Of a stretch of 64,000 nucleotides of DNA, positions 1-8,049 are shown one piece after another. Under the pieces are notes generated by a model. It saw nothing but the letters and a program-made list of their open reading frames with translations, was not told where the DNA came from and ran no database searches. The stretch's first letter is position 1. Every line of letters starts with the position of its first letter. Location: positions 1 through 64,000 of the forward strand of contig JACRCW010000040.1 in assembly GCA_016218805.1 (NCBI GenBank), given 5' to 3'. Position numbers and translations under genes: made by a program. Source of the stretch: Deltaproteobacteria bacterium (GTDB taxonomy: Bacteria > Myxococcota > JACRCW01).

Positions 1-1
1 C

Positions 2-916
2 ATGGTGGACAGCCGGGGGGCCTACGCGGTCAACGTGGAGGCGGTGGACGCCCAGGGGACCACGCAGTGCTCCCGGCAGGCGTCGCTGACGGTGAACGCG
101 CGCACCGGGCCGGAGTGGAAGACCATCCCGACGCTGGCAAGGCCAGAGGATGACCCCAATCTCTACTTGTGGGGTGAAATGCCAGAGGTCGTTCCCGTGA
201 GCCCGCTTCTGGGCGGGGGAACGATGGCTGTTGGAGTCGTCGGCAAGGAGTTTGACCGGTCAAGTTGGCGTCCCGTGACGATGCAACCCCAGGCCATCGC
301 CACAGACGCATTGCCGCTTCAAAGATGGGCGGGCGCGACCGAAGAGGGCACGGTGAGCGACCCGAGTGGCCCCAATGACGCCTTTGTCTTCGTCAAGAAA
401 GCGAACATCAGGGTGGAGCATGCCTATGTCGTGAACTTCTGGCTCCGCCAAGATGGAGCCAAGCCGGATCCGGTTTTCTCCCCGCAGACTGCCAACTTCT
501 GGGACCAAAACCAGCAGATGTGTGAGCCGACGAACGGGTTCTCGCCTGGGGAGTATGTCGCTGCGATCGCGGGTCATGAGAATGATGGCGCGTGGGAACC
601 GGGCACCGGCCACTTTGGCGTCATTGCGCGCCTCCTGGCGGAGAGGGATCCGCGCAAGATCGTGGAGGCAGAGTTTGACAGCAACAGCACAGACTTCCTG
701 CGCCTCATGGTGGCGCTTAATCTCAGCCGGCTGGAGAACGACTTCAACGACCGCGCGAGCGACGACGGTCCTTGGGTCAAGCCCGCTTGGCCACCCCCAC
801 CTGATGCATCGCGATTGTGCAATCCGGGCCCTTGCGACCTGACGCGAGCGTCATTCTGGCGGTCCACCACGGCATACGCGCCCGAATGTGGAACACGGTT
901 AGGCCTTGGTTACTGA
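2..916 (+). CDS. C-terminal part of a larger protein (probably starts left of the window); end of an Ig/PKD-like beta strand followed by an unknown domain
   Basis: Open frame from the window edge to TGA at 914-916. Begins YAVNVEAVDAQG...SLTV (Ig-like C-terminal strand pattern) and contains AIAGHENDG...GH. Codon context differs from core genes. Confidence 0.6.
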   Translation: MVDSRGAYAVNVEAVDAQGTTQCSRQASLTVNARTGPEWKTIPTLARPEDDPNLYLWGEMPEVVPVSPLLGGGTMAVGVVGKEFDRSSWRPVTMQPQAIATDALPLQRWAGATEEGTVSDPSGPNDAFVFVKKANIRVEHAYVVNFWLRQDGAKPDPVFSPQTANFWDQNQQMCEPTNGFSPGEYVAAIAGHENDGAWEPGTGHFGVIARLLAERDPRKIVEAEFDSNSTDFLRLMVALNLSRLENDFNDRASDDGPWVKPAWPPPPDASRLCNPGPCDLTRASFWRSTTAYAPECGTRLGLGY

Positions 917-930
917 ACACGGAGGCGAAG

Positions 931-1908
931 ATGAACTGCGTTGCCACGGTGTTGGTGCTCTGGGGGACTGTCGCCCCTTCCGCGGTGGAATCCGCACCAC
1001 AGTTTGTGGGGGTCTCGGACGCTCAACTGATACCCATGTTGGCGAATGATGATCCCTACAGCCAGGCCGTGTCCGTCGAACTCGACCTGCGGCTTGGGTT
1101 GCCTCCTGGTCCGAGCGCCTACCCGGCCGCCCAACGCCGCGGGTTGGTCAATTTGTTGATTGCCAACGCCGAGACAAACCCGGACCAACGGATTCGCATA
1201 GGCTCCTCCGCAACCCTGTGCCTCGCTGCCACCTTCATGGACGCGGACCGGGATGTGATCGCGCAACATATGAGGCGCATTCTCAGCGACAGCACGCAGG
1301 GGTACAGACGCCAAGCCGAGATGTATCTCCGTGATCTGGTTTCCTTCGACAAGAGCGCCGAGGCCTTGTCGGCCATTCAAGCGTTCCTTGAGAACCAAGA
1401 CCCACAGCGACCCAACGCAAGGGCGGAGGAACTCGCCTTGCTCGCGATCGGAACGAGTGGGGAAGCAGGACTACCGTTTCTCATCGGGTACATGCCGAAG
1501 AACGGGATAGACGCAGCCCGCGCGATCGCGGAAACCGGTTCATGGAAGGGCTTTCGCTTCCTGAGGAAGGAGGCCCTTCGCAGGGACAACCGTCACCGCT
1601 GGGCCTGCACCAGCGCGCTGCGTTTCTGGGCGGAGAAGCAGCCCACAGATTCCCAGGGGAGAGCCAAAGCCGTACGCACCTTGCAGCGGCTGGGCTGTGA
1701 TGACGACCTGCGAATCAAACAGACGGCGCTCTCCCTCCTTGCCAAGTTGGGCGCCAGCGCTCCCGCGCACTGTCCCGCCGAGGACGACGACGAGGATGAA
1801 GGGCACGACGAGGGTGACCATGATGGCGACCGCGTGCGAAAGGAGCGTGACGACAGGCCGCGCAGTCGCAGCGCCAAGGATGAGCAGGGGGGACACCCGC
1901 GGCACTGA
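931..1908 (+). CDS. Exported HEAT/ARM-repeat-like hypothetical protein with an acidic His-containing tail
   Basis: GGAGG RBS at 921-925, ATG at 931, hydrophobic N-terminus. HEAT-like segments ALLAIGTSGEAGLPFL, AARAIAETG and DDDLRIKQTALSLLAKLG. Tail EDDDEDEGHDEGDHDGD. Confidence 0.65.
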   Translation: MNCVATVLVLWGTVAPSAVESAPQFVGVSDAQLIPMLANDDPYSQAVSVELDLRLGLPPGPSAYPAAQRRGLVNLLIANAETNPDQRIRIGSSATLCLAATFMDADRDVIAQHMRRILSDSTQGYRRQAEMYLRDLVSFDKSAEALSAIQAFLENQDPQRPNARAEELALLAIGTSGEAGLPFLIGYMPKNGIDAARAIAETGSWKGFRFLRKEALRRDNRHRWACTSALRFWAEKQPTDSQGRAKAVRTLQRLGCDDDLRIKQTALSLLAKLGASAPAHCPAEDDDEDEGHDEGDHDGDRVRKERDDRPRSRSAKDEQGGHPRH

Positions 1909-2243
1909 GCCACCACTTGTTTCGCCGTCACCATGACGCCGGTACGGTGGTGGCAGCGCAGTGCAAGCAGCATGGGGCGGTGGTGTTGGCGCTGGAGAGG
2001 CACTGGAGCATGGAGGACGCGGTAGAGGAGGCTGCGGTCCCGTTCGGAGTGGCAGCGCGCAGCCAGCTGGATCTGTCAGGGACCACGTTGACGCGCGCGC
2101 AACCGGGGACGCTCACGGCCAGATTCGATTGATCCCCCTGCGCAGCGCGCCGGGCAAGCGCCGGACCAGGCGTCCGCGGCCCCGCCCGTTCACCGCGCCC
2201 GGGCAAACATGATAAGGCGCGCCCTCCTTGTCGACGGGAGCGT

Positions 2244-4154
2244 GTGATGCGTCAGGTCGCTGGCTGGCTGGTGGCGGGTGGTCTTCTGGCGGGTGGTGTG
2301 GCGGTGGCGGCGGCGGCCTTTGTGCCGGACGCCAACATGGAGCGGACCAAGGTCCCCGACGCGTACAAGTGGAAGCTGGACGCGCTGTTCAAGGATGACG
2401 CGGCGTTTGAGGCAGGGTTTGCGGCGGCCAGCGCGGACCGCGAGAAGCTGGGCGCATTCAAGGGCAAGCTGGCGGACGCCGCGCAGCTGCGCGCGTGCCT
2501 GGAGGCGTATTTCAAGGTGCGCCTGGCCATCAACAAGCTCACCTTGTACGCGCACCTGCGGCACGACACTGACGTCAAGAACACCGCGCTGGGTGCGCTG
2601 GATGAGCGCGCGCAGAAGCTGATGGCGGCGCTGCTGTCAGACGCCACCTTCATCCGTACTGAGGTGCTGCACCTGGATGACAAGGCGTACGCGGACGTGG
2701 TGGCGCGGGAAGCGGGTCTCAAGGAGTACCGCCCGTACCTGGACGAGTTGCGCCGCCGGAAGGGCCGCATGCTGTCCGACGATGCGGAACGCGTGCTGGC
2801 GCTGGGCGGTGACAACCTGTGGGCAGAGATTGACCTCAACGAACTGCCCTCAGACCACGAGAAGACCTTCCACGCCATGCTGGCGGACCTCCCGCTGCCG
2901 CGCATCAAGGACGAAGCCGGTGCCGAGGTGCAACTCACCCTGGCCAACTACGGCAAATACCGCGGCAGCCCGGACCGGCGCGTGCGGGCGGAGGCGGTGG
3001 ACGCGCTGTTCGGGACGCTGCGGCAGTTCCAGCATGCGTTTGCGGGCAGCATTGCCGGGCAGGTCAACCACAGCATCTTCCTGGCGCGCGCGCGCGGCTA
3101 CCCCACGGCGCTGGAGGCCTACCTGGACAAGGACGACATTGACCCCAAGGTCTACCGCAACCTCATCAGCGCGGTGCACCAGAACCTGGCGCCGCTGCAG
3201 CGCTACGTGGAGCTGCGCAAGAAGGTGATGAAGGTGGCGGACCTGCACCTGTATGATTTGTACGTGCCGCTGGTGGCCGGCTCGCGCGCGGAGTTCAGCT
3301 ACGAGGACTCCGTCAAGCTCATCCCGGAAGCGCTGGCGCCGCTGGGCCCCGAATACCTCAAGACGCTCAAGGCCGGCCTGGCGCCGGGCGCCGGCTGGGT
3401 GGACGTGTTCCCGCACAAGGACAAGGCCAGCGGCGCGTTCTGCGCGTCGGTGTTCGGTTTGCACCCGTTCATGAAGCTCAACCACTTCAATGATTTTGAC
3501 GGGCTTTCCACCGCCGCGCACGAGCTGGGTCACGCCATGCACAGCCACCTGTCCATGACGCACCAGCCGTACGTCACCTCAAGCTACGTGCCGTTCATTG
3601 CGGAGATTGCCTCCACCTTCAATGAGAAGCTGCTGTCTGACCACCTGGTGAAGAAGGCGAAATCCCCGGCGGAGAAGCTGTCCGTCCTCAACAAGCTGGT
3701 GGAATCCATCCGCACCACGATCTACCGGCAGACGCTGTTCTCTGAGTTTGAGCTGGCCATCCACACCGCGGCGGAGCAGGGTACGCCGCTGACCGCGGAG
3801 TTCCTGGACAAGACGTACGCGGACCTGGTGCGGACGTACTACGGGCCGGGCTTCAGCGTGGGTCCCAATGACGGGATGGAATGGGCGTATATCCCGCACT
3901 TCTATTACAAGTACTACGTCTACGCGTACGCCAACGGCCTGTCAGCGGGCATTGCGCTGGCGGAACTGGTGCAATCCGGCAAACCCGCAGCGCGGGATGC
4001 GTACCTGGGGATGCTCAAGGGCGGGTCGTCAAAGCCCCCGCTGGTGTTGCTCAAGGGCGCGGGCGTGGACCTGACGCGCCCGGACGCCGTCACGGCGGCG
4101 GCCAGACTGATGGACCGCACGTTGACTGAGATGGAGAAGCTGCTTCACAAGTGA
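2244..4154 (+). CDS. pepF: Oligoendopeptidase F (M3B metallopeptidase) with signal peptide
   Basis: HELGH zinc motif, AEIASTFNE, YRQTLFSEFE, WAYIPHFY, N-terminal YKWKLDALF; hydrophobic leader ending AAAA. Confidence 0.93.
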   Translation: MMRQVAGWLVAGGLLAGGVAVAAAAFVPDANMERTKVPDAYKWKLDALFKDDAAFEAGFAAASADREKLGAFKGKLADAAQLRACLEAYFKVRLAINKLTLYAHLRHDTDVKNTALGALDERAQKLMAALLSDATFIRTEVLHLDDKAYADVVAREAGLKEYRPYLDELRRRKGRMLSDDAERVLALGGDNLWAEIDLNELPSDHEKTFHAMLADLPLPRIKDEAGAEVQLTLANYGKYRGSPDRRVRAEAVDALFGTLRQFQHAFAGSIAGQVNHSIFLARARGYPTALEAYLDKDDIDPKVYRNLISAVHQNLAPLQRYVELRKKVMKVADLHLYDLYVPLVAGSRAEFSYEDSVKLIPEALAPLGPEYLKTLKAGLAPGAGWVDVFPHKDKASGAFCASVFGLHPFMKLNHFNDFDGLSTAAHELGHAMHSHLSMTHQPYVTSSYVPFIAEIASTFNEKLLSDHLVKKAKSPAEKLSVLNKLVESIRTTIYRQTLFSEFELAIHTAAEQGTPLTAEFLDKTYADLVRTYYGPGFSVGPNDGMEWAYIPHFYYKYYVYAYANGLSAGIALAELVQSGKPAARDAYLGMLKGGSSKPPLVLLKGAGVDLTRPDAVTAAARLMDRTLTEMEKLLHK

Positions 4155-4345
4155 GCCGTGGCAGGGGTGCGCCACCGCGCCGCCACCGCGCGTGCTGGGG
4201 CAATTGTCCTTCCTGGGTGTGGGAGGGGTGTGCGCCACCCGGTGCGAACCCGCGGTGGCAGCGGCAAGGGCCCCCGACGTGACAGTTGGGGGATCTCGCG
4301 CATTTGCGTGTTGAAAGCCAACCGGCGCTGTGTCAAAAGGCCCGC

Positions 4346-4360
4346 CGGCACGGCGGTTGC
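4346..4360 (+). promoter_or_regulatory. Putative sigma-54 (-24/-12) promoter
   Basis: CGGCACGGCGGTTGC: GG-N10-GC with GGCAC and TTGC, 38 bp before the ATG at 4399. Confidence 0.6.
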
Positions 4361-4398
4361 GGCACCCCGCTGCCATCCGGGCGGGAGAACCGGCTGTC

Positions 4399-5511
4399 AT
4401 GATGGAACGCAAGATCCTCTTCACTCCAGGCCCGGTCATGATTTCACCGGCCGTCAAGGAGTCCCTGCTCCACCCTGAAACGGCGCACCGGCGGCCTGCG
4501 TTTGAGGCGCTGTTCCGCTCCGTGAGCAACCGCCTGTTGGCGGTATCCGGCGCGGACAACAACTACGCGGTGGCGTTGGTGACGGGCAGCGGGTCCGCGG
4601 CCAATGAGTGCGCGCTGTCCAGCCTGGTCCGTCCCACCGAGGAAGTGGTGGTGGTGGCCAACGGGCCCTTTGGCGACCGTTTCAAGGAGATCCTGGCGTG
4701 TCACGGCATCCGCCACCACGTGGTGGGTGACCGCTGGGGCGTGTACCCGGACGTGCGGGCGGTGGAGCGCGCGCTGCGCGAACACCCGGCGGCGCGTTGG
4801 CTGGCGGTGGTCTGGCACGAGACGGGTTCCGGCATGCGCAACCCCGTCCCCGCGCTGTGCGAAGTGGCGCACCGGTTGGGGCGGCGCACGTTTGTGGACT
4901 GCGTGAGCGCGTTGGGGGCGGAGGACATCCACCTGGTGCGGGACCACGTGGACGTTGCCACCAGCGTGGGCAACAAGGCGCTGGGCGCCATCACCGGTGT
5001 GTCCTACGTGATCTGCCGGCGGGACGCGGTGCCCCCGCTGGGGCCGGACATGCCGCGGCGGACCATGTACCTGTCCCTGCAGAACCACCTGCGCTGGGCG
5101 GACGAACACGCCCAGACCCCCAACACGCCCGCCGTGACCGCCATGGTGGCGCTGGACACGGCGCTGGCGGAGCTGCTGGCGGAGGGCGTGGCCAACCGCG
5201 TGCGCCGGGTGGCCGCCCTGGCGCGCACCGTGCGCGACGGTGTGCGCGCGCTGGGGTGGGGGCTGCTGCTCCCGGAGGAGCAGTCGGTGCACGCGCTGAC
5301 CAGCGTGCTGCTCCCCCAGACGATGAAGGCGGAAGCGTTTATCGACGCGCTCGACGCGCGGGGCTTTGTCCTCTACCCCGGCAAGGGCGTGTTCCAGGAC
5401 CGCAACGTGGTGCAGGTGGCGGTGATGGGGCACCTTTCGCAGGAGGACTGCCGCGCGCTGCTCAAAGCCATGCGTGAGGTGGCGCGCGAGCTCGAGCGCG
5501 CCGCGGCGTGA
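4399..5511 (+). CDS. Class V PLP-dependent aminotransferase (PhnW / serine-pyruvate transaminase-like)
   Basis: ILFTPGPV, TGSGSAANE, HETGSG, VDCVSALG, SVGNKALG (PLP Lys), TPNTP, GFVLYPGKG. Confidence 0.88.
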   Translation: MMERKILFTPGPVMISPAVKESLLHPETAHRRPAFEALFRSVSNRLLAVSGADNNYAVALVTGSGSAANECALSSLVRPTEEVVVVANGPFGDRFKEILACHGIRHHVVGDRWGVYPDVRAVERALREHPAARWLAVVWHETGSGMRNPVPALCEVAHRLGRRTFVDCVSALGAEDIHLVRDHVDVATSVGNKALGAITGVSYVICRRDAVPPLGPDMPRRTMYLSLQNHLRWADEHAQTPNTPAVTAMVALDTALAELLAEGVANRVRRVAALARTVRDGVRALGWGLLLPEEQSVHALTSVLLPQTMKAEAFIDALDARGFVLYPGKGVFQDRNVVQVAVMGHLSQEDCRALLKAMREVARELERAAA

Positions 5512-6395
5512 CGCCGGGCCCCCTGGTCCGGGCACGCCCCCCACCCGAGCGGCAACACGTCATTCCCCTCCCCGGCCGTCCCGGCCACGCGCTGAGCCTG
5601 GGCGTGCTGGCCGGGCTGGCTGCCACCGTGCTGACCGCGCTGGGCACCCTGGCGGCGCCGGTGGCGGTGGTGGCGTGGGCGGCCGCGTGCGGGGGCGCGT
5701 CCTGGTGGTTTGGGCGCGGGCGGGCGCGGCTGCGCGTGGACCGCGGCCGGCTGGTGGTCACCGGGACGGGGAGGCGGCAGCAGGTGCCGCTGTCACCACC
5801 GGGGTGGGTGACGGTGACCGAGCAGCCCGCCGTGCCCGGCGTGCGGCACCTGGTCCGCCTGGAGGGCGAGGGTGGAGCGCCGGTGGTGCTGGGGCGCTAC
5901 ACGTCGGTGGAGGACGCTTGGCGCGCCGCGCGTGGTGCGGCGGGGGCGGCCGGTTGGCCGCTGTCCTGGGGCGCGCTGGACGGACAGCCGGTGCGGCTGC
6001 CGGCGGGCGGGACGGGCGTGCCGCTGCGCCGGCGGGAGCCTGCGGCGGACGCGCCCGCGGCGCCGCCTGCGGGGGCGGTGCGCGGTGAGGACGGGAGCTG
6101 GGCGCTGGCGTCGCCGGCCGGGCGGCTGGGTGTCAGCGGGTACCTGGTCACCTGGCACGGTGCCGCGCACGCCTGGCAGGTGCCGGCGGACGAGGTGGTG
6201 TGCGCGTTCTGCGTACGCAGCTGGGCGGGGACCACGTCGCTGGCGGTGGCCACCGCCTCGCGCGTGTTCCTGGCCGGGCCGCTGCCCGCGCCGGCGGACT
6301 GGCCGGTGTTCCTCAGTTGGGCGCTGCGCGCGGTGCGGACGCTGCCGGGCGCCGCCGGCGCACCCAGCGGGTCACCGGTGGCCGGTGCGCGGTGA
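5508..6395 (+). CDS. Hypothetical membrane protein (two N-terminal TM segments, beta-rich soluble part)
   Basis: GTGA overlap with the upstream stop; GC3-rich frame; hydrophobic LGVLAGLAATVLTALG and AVVAWAAACGGASWWF. Confidence 0.6.
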   Translation: MTPGPLVRARPPPERQHVIPLPGRPGHALSLGVLAGLAATVLTALGTLAAPVAVVAWAAACGGASWWFGRGRARLRVDRGRLVVTGTGRRQQVPLSPPGWVTVTEQPAVPGVRHLVRLEGEGGAPVVLGRYTSVEDAWRAARGAAGAAGWPLSWGALDGQPVRLPAGGTGVPLRRREPAADAPAAPPAGAVRGEDGSWALASPAGRLGVSGYLVTWHGAAHAWQVPADEVVCAFCVRSWAGTTSLAVATASRVFLAGPLPAPADWPVFLSWALRAVRTLPGAAGAPSGSPVAGAR

Positions 6396-6407
6396 CCAGG
6401 GCGCGGT

Positions 6408-8048
6408 TCAGGGCGCGTAGCAGAACACGACGTGGGAACCCCACTGGCCGTTGTTGTCACAAGCGGTAAGCGGGCCAAAGATGGACCGCACCCACGCCCC
6501 CACGGTGCCCGCCGGGCAGGTGCACGCGCCGGTGTACGGGTTGGCGGCAACGCAACCCGCGGCGCCGTACCCCTGGTGGTCGCTCTGCGTGAACGCGCCC
6601 CCAAAGGTGGAGACGGGCGGGCGGTAGCAGACCGTCAGCTCGGTGCGCTGGAAGCAGGAACCGGACACCGGCATGTCCACGGCCGTGGTCCCCGCGGCGC
6701 AGGAGCACGCACCGGTGTACGGGTTGACGGCCAGGCACAGCAGCCCCTGGTGGTGGTAGACGCCGCCAAAATCTGCCGGGACCAGCGCGGGGGCGACGCA
6801 GCCGTACAGCGTCGCCCAGCCATACCCGTTGCCGGCGCAGTTGCTGTCGTCCAGCAGGTCCCCGTAGCTGACCGGGGAGAACCCCGCGGGGCACCAACAC
6901 CCGCCCGTGTACGGGTTGTTGGTCATGCAGCCGCGGCAGTTGGTGCGGTACACGCCCGCGAAGCTGGCGCAGTGACCGTTGAGGTTCACCAGCCCAGCGC
7001 TGCAGGAGGTCCCGCAAGCGGATCCGGCGCAGTACGGCGTGAAATACGTCGGCGCGCCACAACCCGTGCACCCGCCGCAGTGGTTCACGTCACCCGTTGT
7101 GTCCATGCAGCCGGCGCCGCAGTCAGCAAAGCCCGCTGCGCACGGGTACTGGCAGCCACCCGGTCCACAGGCGCGCGAGGCGCCCGGCGGGGCGGCCGCA
7201 CAGGAGACCGCGCAATCCCCGCAGTGGTCCGGGTCCATGGCCAGGTCCACGCAGGTGGACCCGCAGGCGGTCTGCGTGCCCGGGCACACCAGCGTGCACC
7301 CGCCGTCAACGCAGCCCGGGGAGGCGCCCGCGGGAGCCGTGCAGGGGGAGGCCTCGCAGGCACCACAGTGCAGCGGGTCCGTGCGGGTGTCCGTGCACAC
7401 GCCGCCGCACAACTGCTGGCCGTCCGGGCAGGGTGGCGCGCTGCTGGAGGGCGCTGAGGACGACGCGCCGACCGCGGACGACGGCGCGGCGCTGGACGGG
7501 GAACCCCTGCTGCCGCTGCTGGCGGTGGACGCGGGAGCGCTGGATGGGAGCGTTGCCGCCGAGCCCGAGGACGCCAGGCGGGAGGATGCGGCGGGCACCG
7601 ACGACGATGCGGCTGCGGCAGACGACGCGGGCGGACCCGACGATGACGACGACGCGGGTGCGGCCGAGGAGGTGCTGGCCGGGGTGGGGAACGCCGAGGA
7701 GGCGGAACCGGCCGGCGCGCTGCTGCCAGCAGAGTGCGGGCTTGCGGCGGACGTGGCGGCGGCGGTGGATGGGCGCGATGACGACGACACCCGCACCCCG
7801 CCGCCATCCCCGCCGCCGGCGGCGCGGCAGGCCCCCCCGGTGCAGCCCTCGCCCCCCGGGCAGTCCGCGTCGGCCCCGCACGGCCGCTCGCACCGGCCGT
7901 CCACGCAGGCGTAGCCCGCCGCACAGTCCGCGGTGCTGGAGCACGCAAACTCCAGCGTGCTGGCCGGGCACGCCGTGCCCACGGCCGCCCACGCGGCGAG
8001 CATGACGACACTCAGGAGGCGGGGATGCGGTGGCATCACCCGCGCCAT
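6408..8048 (-). CDS. Cys-rich lipoprotein: EB/Dickkopf-like Cys modules, Ser/Ala linker, three D-x-x-HCG-x-C repeats, three C-terminal FGG...NPYTG-C-C-AG repeats
   Basis: Start just after the TAG of the upstream kinase gene (ATG 8048 or 8036). Lipobox-like AAVGTA-C; CSSTADCAAGYACVDGRC; DPLHCGAC, DPDHCGDC, DVNHCGGC; three NPYTG repeats. Confidence 0.8.
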   Translation of the reverse strand: MARVMPPHPRLLSVVMLAAWAAVGTACPASTLEFACSSTADCAAGYACVDGRCERPCGADADCPGGEGCTGGACRAAGGGDGGGVRVSSSSRPSTAAATSAASPHSAGSSAPAGSASSAFPTPASTSSAAPASSSSSGPPASSAAAASSSVPAASSRLASSGSAATLPSSAPASTASSGSRGSPSSAAPSSAVGASSSAPSSSAPPCPDGQQLCGGVCTDTRTDPLHCGACEASPCTAPAGASPGCVDGGCTLVCPGTQTACGSTCVDLAMDPDHCGDCAVSCAAAPPGASRACGPGGCQYPCAAGFADCGAGCMDTTGDVNHCGGCTGCGAPTYFTPYCAGSACGTSCSAGLVNLNGHCASFAGVYRTNCRGCMTNNPYTGGCWCPAGFSPVSYGDLLDDSNCAGNGYGWATLYGCVAPALVPADFGGVYHHQGLLCLAVNPYTGACSCAAGTTAVDMPVSGSCFQRTELTVCYRPPVSTFGGAFTQSDHQGYGAAGCVAANPYTGACTCPAGTVGAWVRSIFGPLTACDNNGQWGSHVVFCYAP

Positions 8049-8049
8049 C

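Noticed and set aside
1917..2212. Short ORFs between the HEAT-like gene and pepF
   Set aside because: No recognisable motif or start signal; may be a gene remnant but cannot be supported.
7430..7800. Ser/Ala-rich and Pro-rich low-complexity tracts (also 45640-46400 and 56340-56490)
   Set aside because: Ordinary protein linkers inside CDSs, not DNA-level repeats.
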